DNA of 64,000 bases from positions 32,001 to 96,000 of the forward strand of contig CAWJQC010000007.1 in NCBI GenBank assembly GCA_963844965.1. Direction: 5' to 3'. The notes beneath the pieces are model-generated. The model was given only the letters and a program-made list of their open reading frames with translations, was not told the DNA's origin and did no database searches. Numbering within the stretch: the stretch's first letter is position 1; each line of letters begins with the position of its first letter. Source of the DNA: an uncultured bacterium. GTDB taxonomy: Bacteria; Patescibacteriota; Minisyncoccia; UBA6257; 2-01-FULL-56-20. The position numbers were made by a program, and so were the translations under genes. Shown one piece after another: positions 48,536 through 58,951 of this stretch.

Positions 48536-48690
48536 CTGTTAATTCTATATTTTTTTGGGAAATTTGAAAGTTTCGGGCGCAATGATTTTTTCGGCTGGCT
48601 GGATTTTGGTTTGGATTCGAGCTCATTAAGTAAATCCAGTTATTCTGGTACTATAATAGTGTTCTGGCTGAGAAAAAATAAAAGTTCTCA

Positions 48691-51208
48691 ATGCGCAAAC
48701 AAGATGTTCTCGGGATAAGTTTGAGCGGGCTTTTTGGCGAATTGAGATCGTCCGAGAACGGTCTCACCGAAGAAGAAGCCGCCAAACGTTTTCGCGAGCA
48801 CGGTCCGAATATTCTCAAAAAAGAAGGCGTTAGCGCGCTCGGAGTTTTGCTTCGCCAATTCCAAAGCTCACTGATTTATCTTCTTGTCGCGGCGAGCGCG
48901 ATATCTTTTTGGATTAGGGATTATTCGGATGGGACGATTATCGCCGTTATTCTCCTCGTCAACGCCTCCCTGGGATTTTTTCAGGAATATAGATCGGAAA
49001 AGATCGTTGAGAAACTTTCAAAGTTTATCAGCCACCAAGTTCGCCTCAGGAGAAGCGGGCAGATTGTGTTATTGGACGAATCACGGATTGTTGTCGGAGA
49101 CGTGCTTGTCGTTCGCGAAGGCGATATTGTTCCGGCGGACATGCGGCTGTTTGAAGCCGACAATCTGGAAGTGAACGAGTCGCAGCTTACGGGCGAGTCG
49201 GTGCCGGTCGTTAAGCGTGTCTCAAATGATATCGCCAAAAATCCCGACTGCCTCGTTTTCACTGGCAGCGTCATTGAGAAAGGTGAGGGCGTTGGGATTG
49301 TCTATGCGATCGGCAACGACACGGAATTGGGAACTATCGCCAGGTTGTCAACGGAAACAAAGAAAGAAACGCAGTATGAGAAATCACTGCGGTCATTCAG
49401 TTCTTCTTTGATGAAAGTTGTTCTCCTCGGCTTGGCCCTGGTTTTCGCGCTCAAGTTGATTTTGAACGGAGGATTTTCAAACGCAGCGGGTCTTTTGCTT
49501 TTTATCATAGCCATGGCCGTTGCCGTGGTGCCCGAAGTTCTGCCGGTTATCGCCACGGTTACCTTGTCAAACGGAGCATTGAAACTCGCCAAAAGGCATG
49601 TGGTAGTTAAACGCCTGTCGTCGCTGGAGGATCTCGGCAATGTGGATTTGCTGTGCGCCGATAAGACAGGGACCATCACCGAAAACAGAATGGTCATAAA
49701 CAAAATTGTTTCCGCCGATGATAAATTGTTTCAGGAGCTTGCCTACGCCGCCATTACGCCCCTGAAAGGCAGAAAGAGAAGGATGCAGAATTCGTATGAC
49801 GACGCGTTCAACCGATATGTTTCCGACGCCGTGAGGAAAGAGGCGGTGAATTTCAGAGATCTTGAAAGAACTTCCTTTTGACCCGTATGACAGGAGAAGC
49901 CGGGTGGTGCTTGAGGATGCGGCGCACGGAAAACACTTTCTGCTTTCAATCGGCGCCCCCGAAGCGGTCTTTGAAATTAGCGGGAGCGAGCAAAAAGCGA
50001 AATATCTGGAAGACATCGCCGCGGAAGGCAGAAAAGGCCTGCATCATCTGGCGATAGCGTACAAGGAAGTATCATATGCTAACGATTTTGATATTTTGAA
50101 AAACGAACGCGATTTGAAATTCCTCGGATATGTGAGTTTAGAAGATCCGTTGCGGCCTACGGCCAAGAATACCGTTTACCTTGCCGAAAAACTTGGCATA
50201 AAAATCAAAATCCTGACGGGAGACAGCAAAGAGGTCGCCGAGTATGTCGGAAAGCAAATAGGGTTGGTGAAAGAGGGAGATAAAGAGGAAGATAAGGTGT
50301 ATCTCGGCGGCGAACTTGAGAAAATGTCGGAGGACGAATTCAGGACAGCCGTTCGGAGATGCAATGTGTTCGCCAGAGTTTCTCCGACCGATAAATACAA
50401 TATTATAAGGGCTCTCAAGGAAACTAATGTCGTCGGCTACGAGGGAGACGGCATCAATGACGCTCCGGCGCTGAAACTGGCGGACGTGGCGATCGCGGTC
50501 AACTCGGCCACGGACATCGCCAAGGAAAATTCCGACATTGTTCTTCTCAACAAAAGCCTTGAGGTCGTTATCAACGGCATAAAATACGGCAGGTCCATAT
50601 TCGTGAATATCAATAAGTATATTAAATACACCATGGTAAATAATTTTGGCACCTTTATTGCACTGGCCGTTTTATACTTGCTGTCTGCCTATTTACCAAT
50701 GCTCCCGATTCAAATACTTTTGACGAATGTGATTACAGACATTCCTCTCGTCACAATTTCGTCCGACACGGTTGAAGATGTAGAAGTAGTGCGGCCGGAA
50801 AAACACAATACGAAAGAACTGGTGTTCATCTCGCTTATTCTGGGAATTCCAACGGCTTTTTTTGAACTTCTCTACTTCTTGATTATCCGCTCACATCCCC
50901 GAGAGTTCGTGGCAACAGGCCTTTACGTCTTCCTTACCTTCTTGGCATTAATTGTTTTCTATGCGATAAGAAACAAAGAAAATTTCTGGAAAACAAAGCA
51001 GCCATCCCGTCTTTTGAACGTCTCTTTTGTGCTCGCTTTTGTCTTCTCGCTCGCGATCATTTATATGCCCCAGTTTCAGGCGTGGTTTTCCTTCGTGCCG
51101 TTGCCCGCGGCGTCGGTGATTGTCATTCTAATTCTGATGGTGCTCTACCTTTTCGCGGTGGATTTCGTCAAGGTGAGGTATTACAAGTTTTCTGCGGGGG
51201 AGAAATGA
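48691..51208 (+). CDS. mgtA: Mg2+-type P-type ATPase (MgtA-like), split by a frameshift near 49862-49870
   Basis: 48691-49881 carries TGES and CADKTGTIT; 49862-51208 carries GDGINDAPAL and the C-terminal TMs; the two frames join at ..NFRDL|KELPFDP. Confidence 0.75.
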
Positions 51209-51388
51209 GGTTTATATCATAACCGGTTATTTTTCCGTTGTTGTGTGTTTGATGGTTACAAATCGTTGGGCCATTACGATAGATTTTGCAATATCATACC
51301 GGACAGTTGGTTAGAAAATAAAAACGCCCCGTTTGTTTCGGGGCGTTTTTATAGCTTACTGGGCATTTATTTATAGCATAGCGTTTTG

Positions 51389-51862
51389 TCAGAACCCCAA
51401 ATGTTTCTTGAAAATGGTGCCGTAGATGTCTCTGCGGGTTATGATGCCGATCAGCTTTTTATTTTCCACCACGGGCAAGCGATGGAGGCCTCGGCCGAGC
51501 ATAAGGCCGCCGGCGCTCAGGATGCAGGCGTCGGCGTCAATCGTGACTACGCGCCTGTTCATATATTTTTCTATCGGCTGCGCGCGAATCTCTTCAATTT
51601 CATCTTCCTGAAGCTCCGGGTCGTGGTACACGTAAGGTTCCCGTGCGTAGTTCTCGTAGGACGGGAACATTGCCCGGAAGAGATCTTTCTCCGAAACAAT
51701 GCCGATGAGATTCCCCGCGTCGTCCACCACTGGCATGCCACTGATTTTGTGCTTATGAAGAAGCGCCGCCGTCTCCTCGTAGCTTGTCTTCGGCGAGACC
51801 GTGACGACAGGCGCAATCATTACTTCACGCACCTTCATGCAGTTTATCGTAGCGCTTGCCAC
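51389..51862 (-). CDS. CBS-domain pair protein
   Basis: Two CBS motifs (..ISGMPVVDDAGNLIGIVSEKD.., ..HRLPVVENKKLIGIITRRD..). Confidence 0.75.
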   Translation of the reverse strand: MASATINCMKVREVMIAPVVTVSPKTSYEETAALLHKHKISGMPVVDDAGNLIGIVSEKDLFRAMFPSYENYAREPYVYHDPELQEDEIEEIRAQPIEKYMNRRVVTIDADACILSAGGLMLGRGLHRLPVVENKKLIGIITRRDIYGTIFKKHLGF

Positions 51863-51968
51863 GCAAAAGGGAAGTCACAGTTTGTGCACCGATTTCCTTA
51901 CACAAAATTAAAAAATATTGCTTGCTATGACAACAGGAATCGAACCTAAAATTGGAAGCCCCCGATAT

Positions 51969-52023
51969 CCAGAGGCTATTATAAGTGTCCTTTCAGATAG
52001 AAATTATATGGAAAATCTGCATT
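51969..52023 (+). repeat. 55-bp direct repeat, copy A
   Basis: ccagaggctattataagtgtcctttcagatagaaattatatggaaaatctgcatt; ~85% identical to 54485-54539. Confidence 0.6.
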
Positions 52024-52296
52024 TTAAATTCTGTTTCATAAAGGCGTTACAACGCTCAGAAACGGCACATTAACGGCGGCAAGAAATTATTATAACAAAG
52101 GACCTCTTCTTGCGCGGCATAGTAGACGACGCTAGAGCCGTCATCCAGCGATAAAATGAGTATATTTACATCCCAAATTTGAGGGCAGAAGCAATGAGGG
52201 TATAATTTCACCTACTGCATTATTCACTATTTCTCTTGCCATAATATCCTGCGCTTGACACCTGTTTTTAATTTTTGGAAGGGATATAATTATATT

Positions 52297-52572
52297 ATGA
52301 ATAAAAAATTACTAATAAGCGTCTTAGGTGTCTTCGTGTTATTAATTTTAGGCCTAGCCGGTTATTATTTGTGGTTTTATAAAAAACCAATGTCTCCTAC
52401 CGCCGAACAAGCGGTTACGGATATTCAAAAAACGGTTCAGTCTATTGATCAGAATGTAGCCGGGAGTGTTTTCGGCACCACAACGGCTAATCCAATGGAG
52501 AATGTCCCCGATGTTAATCCCTATAAAAATACCAACCCATTTTCAGATATTAAAACCAATCCTTTTCAATAA
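52297..52572 (+). CDS. Small signal-anchored protein
   Basis: MNKKLLISVLGVFVLLILGLAGYYLWFY.. then an N/P/T-rich tail. Confidence 0.4.
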   Translation: MNKKLLISVLGVFVLLILGLAGYYLWFYKKPMSPTAEQAVTDIQKTVQSIDQNVAGSVFGTTTANPMENVPDVNPYKNTNPFSDIKTNPFQ

Positions 52573-52577
52573 AAACT

Positions 52578-54263
52578 ATGAATAAAAAAACTTTAAGCGT
52601 ATTGATACTAATTTCTTCAGTAATGATCTCCGGTGTTATTGTCGGTTCGGCGATGGCGCAGACCCCGGCCGATCAAAGTACGACAACTTTATCCGCAAGT
52701 ATCACGTATCCGATTCCGGAATTGGGCAATTGTCAAAGTCAGGCGGATTGTAAAACCTTTTGCGACGATACCAAGAATACCGATGCCTGTTTGGCTTTTG
52801 CCCAAGCCAATAATTTAATGAGTTCCGACCAAGTGGCTGCCGCTAAAAAATTTGCGGATAGCGGAATGGTTGGTCCGGGCGGATGCAAGGGAGAAACCGA
52901 ATGCGACACGTATTGCGGCGATACGAGCCACATAGAAGAGTGTATTACGTTTGCGCAAAATAACGGATTGATGTCCGAACAAAAGCTACAGGAATCGCAA
53001 AAGGTTTTGGCAGCCATTAAAACAGGTGTCAAACCTTTGGGCTGCAATAGTGAGCAGGAATGTGAAGCATATTGTGCGACCGCTGAACATATGGAGGAGT
53101 GCATAAATTTCGGCACCGAGGCAGGAATATTGCCGGCTCAGGATCAGGAGAATGCGCGCAAAGTTTTGACCGCTATAAAAAATGGTGCCGTGCCTCCGTG
53201 CGAAGGTGATGCGTGTCCGGCTTTTTGCAGCAAACCGCAGAACGCGGATGCTTGCGAGAAGTTCCGTATCGAGGCTGGAATTCCGTCACGCTCCGAAATG
53301 ATAGTAGTTCAGGCAATACTTACTCTTATAGCAAAAGGAACTACTATGTCTACTTGCAGCGGTGCGCAAGGATGCCAGGATTATTGTTCTCAAGATGCCC
53401 ATGCTGAAGAATGCGCTAAATTTGCCGAGGATAATGGGGCGATTACGTCTTCAGAGGCAGAAGCAGCTATAGGCGGAGAAGCAGCGCCCGAAGGACCGGG
53501 TGGATGTAAGACTAAAGACGAGTGCGATGCTTATTGCAATAATCCGGATAATTCCGAAACTTGCTTTAATTATGCCAAGGATAACGGACTGATTTCCTCG
53601 GAAGACCTAAAGAAAATAGAAGATAGCCAGCAGCAAATGAAAGATTCTTTTAATAATATGCCCGCAGAGATATTAACCTGTTTAACTACTTCTTTAGGCG
53701 CAGACACGGTTGAAAAATTAAAAAGCGGAAACGCTATACCAGATCAGAAAACGGCCGAACAAATGAAGACTTGTTTTGACCAATACACTCCAACCGCTCC
53801 AACCGCTCCGGCTGGTCCGGGGAGTCAAGCCGGACAAAATCAGGGCGGACAAGGACAGGGTGGCGGAGGAGGTGGCAACGGTGGTGGTAGCGGCGGAGGT
53901 AGTGGCGGGGGAGGACAGGGCCAAGGTAACCAACCAACCCAACCTACTCAACCGAGCCAACCTATGCAACCAACCCAACCTACTCAACCGGGCCAGCCGA
54001 CTCAGCCCAGCCAACCATCACAGCTACTACCTCAGACGGGCCCCGGTGGATGCAAAACCATCGAAGAATGTAAGACGTATTGCCAGGCGCATCCGGAAGC
54101 TAAAACAGAGTGTCAGCAATTTAAGCAGAGTCAACAGGGACAATCTGGACAGAATCAGCCGACGCAAGGCCCGAATAATCAACAACCCAGTCAACCCAGC
54201 CAGCCGACTCCACCGCAACCTCCGACTCAGCCTACTCCACCAAGTCAACCAAGCCCGCCATAA
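52578..54263 (+). CDS. Secreted protein with ~9 tandem 4-Cys repeats (C-x5-C-x3-C-x8-C) plus Gly-rich and PTQ-rich tail
   Basis: Signal peptide; repeats such as GPGGCKGETECDTYCGDTSHIEECITFAQNNGLMS; GGQGQGGGGGG and QPTQPTQPSQP low-complexity tail. Confidence 0.6.
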   Translation: MNKKTLSVLILISSVMISGVIVGSAMAQTPADQSTTTLSASITYPIPELGNCQSQADCKTFCDDTKNTDACLAFAQANNLMSSDQVAAAKKFADSGMVGPGGCKGETECDTYCGDTSHIEECITFAQNNGLMSEQKLQESQKVLAAIKTGVKPLGCNSEQECEAYCATAEHMEECINFGTEAGILPAQDQENARKVLTAIKNGAVPPCEGDACPAFCSKPQNADACEKFRIEAGIPSRSEMIVVQAILTLIAKGTTMSTCSGAQGCQDYCSQDAHAEECAKFAEDNGAITSSEAEAAIGGEAAPEGPGGCKTKDECDAYCNNPDNSETCFNYAKDNGLISSEDLKKIEDSQQQMKDSFNNMPAEILTCLTTSLGADTVEKLKSGNAIPDQKTAEQMKTCFDQYTPTAPTAPAGPGSQAGQNQGGQGQGGGGGGNGGGSGGGSGGGGQGQGNQPTQPTQPSQPMQPTQPTQPGQPTQPSQPSQLLPQTGPGGCKTIEECKTYCQAHPEAKTECQQFKQSQQGQSGQNQPTQGPNNQQPSQPSQPTPPQPPTQPTPPSQPSPP

Positions 54264-54422
54264 CAACCAACTCCACCACAACTGCCGACTCCGCCAAGCA
54301 GTTTCTTGCGACAAACGCAGAAGTTTTTAGGGAGCATCTTGGATGTATTCACGAGGTAAGGATTTTTGCAATAAAATAGATTGTTATTCCTCCCGGCCCT
54401 CTCCTTCGGTTCGAATCCAGAC

Positions 54423-54455
54423 TGTCAAAACGAGAAATAAAAATGAACGGCGCAA
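54423..54455 (+). terminator. Rho-independent terminator
   Basis: atgaacgg-cgcaaga-ccgttcat followed by TTTTTATTTT. Confidence 0.6.
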
Positions 54456-54484
54456 GACCGTTCATTTTTATTTTAGCTCCAGGT

Positions 54485-54539
54485 TCCAGAAGCTATTATA
54501 AGTGTCTTATCGGATAGGAATTATATGGAAAATCTGTAT
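54485..54539 (+). repeat. 55-bp direct repeat, copy B
   Basis: ccagaagctattataagtgtcttatcggataggaattatatggaaaatctgtatt. Confidence 0.6.
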
Positions 54540-54644
54540 TCCAAGTTTTACATTTTGAGGGAGATGGAGCGGTTGGAAATATCTAAATGTAAAGGATAGG
54601 TTTCTTTAGACAGTGATTCGACGGCTTTTTGCCGTTTTTTTTCG

Positions 54645-55427
54645 TTAAGCCGCAATCTTCTCGGCAAACACGGACGGCGGCATCTTGAGGGCGGAGTGGA
54701 TCCGCGTGTGGTTGTACTGCCACAAGGTGCTGTAGATCTCCGCCACGAGCTCGCCGAAGGTCCCGAACCGGTTGGGATCACCGAGGTCAATCTTGAACTT
54801 GTCATAGAACGATTCCTGGTAGCCGTTTTCCCATGGGGCACCGGGCCGCGACCGCGAGATCGTGATGCCACAGTCCCCCAGTGTATCGGTGAACGCTCGT
54901 GCCTTGTACTCGCTGCCGTTGTCCGAATGGAAGATGACCGGATGCGGATGGTGGAAAAGCGCGTTGGCCAGGGTCTGTATCGTGAGGGGCGATCCTTTCC
55001 GCAACGCCACATGGACGCCCATCAATCGTCTCGTGAAAAGATCGAGTATCGTGGACACGTACACTTTCTTGCCGCGATACAGGAACTCCGTGAAATCGGT
55101 TGCCCAGACGTGGTTCGCGTACGAGGGCATGATGGCAAGTAAGAGGTTCGGAAAGGCCCGCGATGCCTTTGATTTCCGGTATTTCCTGCCTCGCCTCCGG
55201 TACGGCCTTATGCCGAAGATTCGCATGACGCGCTGCGCTCGCGGACGGCTCACGCCCAGAGCTTGTCCCAAGCGCCGGGAACCGTATGCCGGATGGCGCT
55301 GCAATTCTTCTTCCATGCGGATCTTGAGCGCCCAATCTTTCTTGTCCTGCCGTGATACGTAGTAGAGCGATGCCCGCGAGACGCCCATGGCCCGCGCCAT
55401 GGCGGACTTGTTCCGCTTTTCCGTCAA
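54645..55427 (-). CDS. IS3 transposase OrfB
   Basis: Identical to the other copies. Confidence 0.85.
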   Translation of the reverse strand: MTEKRNKSAMARAMGVSRASLYYVSRQDKKDWALKIRMEEELQRHPAYGSRRLGQALGVSRPRAQRVMRIFGIRPYRRRGRKYRKSKASRAFPNLLLAIMPSYANHVWATDFTEFLYRGKKVYVSTILDLFTRRLMGVHVALRKGSPLTIQTLANALFHHPHPVIFHSDNGSEYKARAFTDTLGDCGITISRSRPGAPWENGYQESFYDKFKIDLGDPNRFGTFGELVAEIYSTLWQYNHTRIHSALKMPPSVFAEKIAA

Positions 55428-55687
55428 TTCTTTTTTTGGGCCTGGGAGAGCTTCACGGTGAGCTCGCCCACCACTTCAAACAGCTCCCTGTTCTGCTTCT
55501 GGAGACGGCTGAACTCGCCCCAGGAAGGGACGCCCGATGCTCCTGCGCCTAGCCAATTGTAGATGGTGGACTCGTGCAAACCGTGGTCCTTCGCAGCCTG
55601 CGCTACGGGGACTCCTTCTTCCTTCACCCGGCGGAGGATGTCCGCCTTCACTTCCTTCGCAATCCGATGCCCTTTTTTGTTGCTCAT
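55424..55687 (-). CDS. IS3 transposase OrfA
   Basis: Identical to the other copies. Confidence 0.85.
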   Translation of the reverse strand: MSNKKGHRIAKEVKADILRRVKEEGVPVAQAAKDHGLHESTIYNWLGAGASGVPSWGEFSRLQKQNRELFEVVGELTVKLSQAQKKN

Positions 55688-55741
55688 GACACAATGGTAG
55701 TTTGTTTCGACCTTTGTGTCTAAATTATCCTATCCGGGTCA

Positions 55742-55773
55742 ACCTTTGTGTCTAAATTATCCTATCCGGGTCA
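55742..55773 (-). repeat. Tandem duplicate of the terminal 32 bp (IRL) of the IS3 element
   Basis: acctttgtgtctaaattatcctatccgggtca repeats 55710-55741 exactly. Confidence 0.7.
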
Positions 55774-55776
55774 AGT

Positions 55777-55951
55777 GATGGTTGATTTAAGTAAGCTCTA
55801 TCCCGATATTGATATTGCCGAAACGCTCTCGAACCTAACGGGAAAATGGATCAAGACAATCAAGGGCAATAAGGTTGAATTTTCTGATGGTAGCGAGATA
55901 GATACAAGCGATATGGATTACAAACTTATTAAGCCATTGATTTGGTGGTAA
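55777..55951 (+). CDS. Small hypothetical protein
   Basis: ~58 aa from MVDLSKLYPDIDIAE..; N-terminus resembles the start of the downstream helicase (MSKLY..). Confidence 0.3.
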
Positions 55952-58650
55952 ATATGTCGAAGTTGTATTTACAAGACATAGTTGAGGACATCCCGTTTGA
56001 TGATCTGCCCGCGAAATGGCAGGACTTTGACTTCGGCAGGTTTTCTTCCGATAAAACACTATTTGGCTTCCAGCAAAATGGCTTACGGAACGCTCTGAAA
56101 GCGCTCTGGCTTTTTTATAAAGATAGGAAGGGAAACAAAATAGAGCTTTATGAACAATATAAGGCAAATGGCTTGGGCGCGGATTTTGATTATGATTTGA
56201 CGCGAGAAAGAAAAGCCGCTGACCATCTTTTGGAATTTGATACGGATTATCCGAAAACAGACGGCAAAATTGCTTTTGCCCACTTCTTAAACCGCATGAG
56301 CTTTTGGATGGCTACGGGCTCTGGAAAGACGCTGATTATCGTAAAACTCATTGATATGCTCGGCGCTTTAATGAGGCAAAAAGAGATTCCTCAAAACGAT
56401 ATTCTGTTCTTGGCTCATAGGGACGACCTTTTGGAACAATTCAAAAATCATGTGGATCAATTCAATAGCTTCAATTTTGAAACAAGAATCAACTTCAAGA
56501 GCTTGAAAGATTATGAGAGCGTCAAGCGCGAGAACGCTCTGCCATTTGCAAAAAACGAGATAACGGTATTCTACTACCGCTCGGATTTAATATCAGACGA
56601 GCACAAAGAAAAAATTGTCAATTTCAAAAATTATGATAACGGCGGCAAGTGGTATGTTCTTCTCGATGAGGCGCACAAAGGCGATAGAGAGGACAGCAAA
56701 AGACAGATTCTATATTCAATCCTTTCAAGAAGCGGCTTTCTGTTCAATTTTTCCGCTACCTTTACCGATCCGCGGGATTACGCAACCTGTGCCTTTAATT
56801 TCAATCTTTCAAAATTCATTGAGGATGGTTACGGCAAGCATATTTATGTATCAAGCGCGGAAGTAACGGCTTTCCGCGATCAAGACGACTTCTCAAAAAT
56901 TACGAAGCAGAAAATCGTTTTGAAAACGCTGATACTGCTTACATATATCAATAAGTATTTTGAGAAGGTTCGGAAACAGGATAAAAAGCTGTATCATCGC
57001 CCACTCCTTCTTACTCTCGTCAATTCCGTTGATACGAAAGATGCGGACTTAAAGCTGTTCTTTTCCGAACTGGAAAAGATAGCCAAAAATGAAATAAGAG
57101 GCGACTTGATTGAAAAAGCCAAAGAGGAACTCATAAAAGAATTTGAAGAAAATCCGCAATATGAATTTGAGGGCATAAATGTAGAGATTGATAAGGCCTC
57201 GCTCAAAAAAATCTGCTATAAGGATATTTTGAAGCAGATTTTCAACGCAAAATCTTCTGGTAATATCGAGGTTTTGAAAATTCCGAATAACAGAAACGAA
57301 ATAATCTTTAAGCTGCAAACTTCTGAAAAACCATTCGGGCTGATTAAGATCGGGGATATTTCGGGATGGCTTAAGGAAACGCTTGAGGGTTATGAAATAA
57401 TCGAGAGCTTTGAGAATGAAAGCGTATTTAAGCGGATCAACCACGATGACTCCGAAATTAACATTCTGATGGGCTCCCGTGCCTTTTACGAGGGCTGGGA
57501 CTCAAACAGGCCGAACATTCTCTTATTCGTAAATATCGGCATCGGAAGCGACGCAAAGAAGTTTGTCCTGCAATCCGTTGGCCGAGGCGTAAGAATTGAA
57601 CCGCAAAAGAATAAACGGAAAAGAATTTTGGAATTGCACAACGCAAAAGAAATAAAGACAGAGCTATTTAATAAAATCCGAAGCAATATACAAGCGCTTG
57701 AGAGCTTGTTCGTATTCGGAACAAACGCCGATAATCTGAAGGAAATAATCAAGGCGCTGAAAGAAGAAAAACAAGAGCAAGATTTAGGTGCCGAATTTAT
57801 TATAAATAAAGATGCTGAAAAACGGCTGTTGCTTATACCTACTTACCGAGAATCGGAAAAGATATTTGCCGAAGAAAAAGAGCCGCAGAAATACGGAATC
57901 AGCCGAGAGGACTTGGCACTCGCAAAATCAATGTTCAGCTATCTTGGCGATAAAGTAACTCTGGCAAAATTTGAGTGTGAAGTAAGGGTTATTAAAAAGA
58001 CAGCCGAGAGTTTTGAAACAGCCGAGCAATACTTTGACCTTAACGAGGAGAGGTCAATTTCCGAGCCAGATTTGCTGGTTGATAGGATACTGGACTACTT
58101 CAGCGTCAGGGATAAAGAATTTGATAAATTCAAAAAACTGGAAAACGAGATCGTCCACTTCAAGCGGATAAGGTTTAATGACGGCGAGAAGTTTGAAGAA
58201 ATAAAACAGAAAATCGGCAAAATAAAGGAGTATCCAGAAAGACAGCGAGAACTGGATAAACAATACGGAAAAATATCGCGGGAAGAATTTGCGAGAAAGC
58301 AGGCGAGTTTGTTTGACGCGCAGACCTTTGAATACAAGAGCAAAAAGCTAAAAATCAAATATATCCAAAACCATTACTACATTCCTCTGATTATTTCAGA
58401 AAATGAAAAAGTTGATTATCTCAACCACATTATTGATGTTGAAAGCGAAGTCCGTTTCATAGAACAATTGGAAGAATACCTACAGCAGGACGACAATGTA
58501 TTCAAACAATTTGATTGGTGGATGTTCTCAAAGCTCGATCAAACGCTGGACGAAGTTCATGTGCCGTATTACAGCCCAAAAGAAAACAATATGGCAAGGT
58601 TTAAGCCCGACTTTATCTTCTGGCTGCAAAAGGTGACCCGGATAGGATAA
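55942..58650 (+). CDS. Superfamily-2 DEAH helicase, type III restriction Res-like (ResIII/PF04851-like), C-terminus interrupted by an IS
   Basis: Motif I MATGSGKT, II VLLDEAHKG, III SATF, VI QSVGRGVRI; C-terminus ..KPDFIFWLQK reads straight into the IS IRL, so a C-terminal (nuclease?) portion may be lost. Confidence 0.7.
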   Translation: MVVNMSKLYLQDIVEDIPFDDLPAKWQDFDFGRFSSDKTLFGFQQNGLRNALKALWLFYKDRKGNKIELYEQYKANGLGADFDYDLTRERKAADHLLEFDTDYPKTDGKIAFAHFLNRMSFWMATGSGKTLIIVKLIDMLGALMRQKEIPQNDILFLAHRDDLLEQFKNHVDQFNSFNFETRINFKSLKDYESVKRENALPFAKNEITVFYYRSDLISDEHKEKIVNFKNYDNGGKWYVLLDEAHKGDREDSKRQILYSILSRSGFLFNFSATFTDPRDYATCAFNFNLSKFIEDGYGKHIYVSSAEVTAFRDQDDFSKITKQKIVLKTLILLTYINKYFEKVRKQDKKLYHRPLLLTLVNSVDTKDADLKLFFSELEKIAKNEIRGDLIEKAKEELIKEFEENPQYEFEGINVEIDKASLKKICYKDILKQIFNAKSSGNIEVLKIPNNRNEIIFKLQTSEKPFGLIKIGDISGWLKETLEGYEIIESFENESVFKRINHDDSEINILMGSRAFYEGWDSNRPNILLFVNIGIGSDAKKFVLQSVGRGVRIEPQKNKRKRILELHNAKEIKTELFNKIRSNIQALESLFVFGTNADNLKEIIKALKEEKQEQDLGAEFIINKDAEKRLLLIPTYRESEKIFAEEKEPQKYGISREDLALAKSMFSYLGDKVTLAKFECEVRVIKKTAESFETAEQYFDLNEERSISEPDLLVDRILDYFSVRDKEFDKFKKLENEIVHFKRIRFNDGEKFEEIKQKIGKIKEYPERQRELDKQYGKISREEFARKQASLFDAQTFEYKSKKLKIKYIQNHYYIPLIISENEKVDYLNHIIDVESEVRFIEQLEEYLQQDDNVFKQFDWWMFSKLDQTLDEVHVPYYSPKENNMARFKPDFIFWLQKVTRIG

Positions 58651-58687
58651 TTTAGACACAAAGGTCGAAACAAACTACCATTGTGTC

Positions 58688-58951
58688 ATGAGCAACAAAA
58701 AAGGGCATCGGATTGCGAAGGAAGTGAAGGCGGACATCCTCCGCCGGGTGAAGGAAGAAGGAGTCCCCGTAGCGCAGGCTGCGAAGGACCACGGTTTGCA
58801 CGAGTCCACCATCTACAATTGGCTAGGCGCAGGAGCATCGGGCGTCCCTTCCTGGGGCGAGTTCAGCCGTCTCCAGAAGCAGAACAGGGAGCTGTTTGAA
58901 GTGGTGGGCGAGCTCACCGTGAAGCTCTCCCAGGCCCAAAAAAAGAATTGA
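58688..58951 (+). CDS. IS3 transposase OrfA
   Basis: Identical to the other copies. Confidence 0.85.
   Translation: MSNKKGHRIAKEVKADILRRVKEEGVPVAQAAKDHGLHESTIYNWLGAGASGVPSWGEFSRLQKQNRELFEVVGELTVKLSQAQKKN

Larger units (their letters stand above)
54588..55741 (-). mobile_element. IS3-family insertion sequence, copy 3
   Basis: Identical 1154-bp element. Confidence 0.9.

Noticed and set aside
51925-51965. T-arm-like ggaatcgaacc motif suggesting a minus-strand tRNA or tRNA fragment just before repeat A; similar ggttcgaatcc at 54395
   Set aside because: I could not fold a full cloverleaf around either; at most these are tRNA 3' fragments, which might mark old integration sites
53718-54330. Antisense and alt-frame ORFs (98, 95 and 184 aa) over the Gly/PTQ low-complexity tail of the Cys-repeat protein
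   Set aside because: They are artefacts of repetitive, GC-rich low-complexity coding sequence
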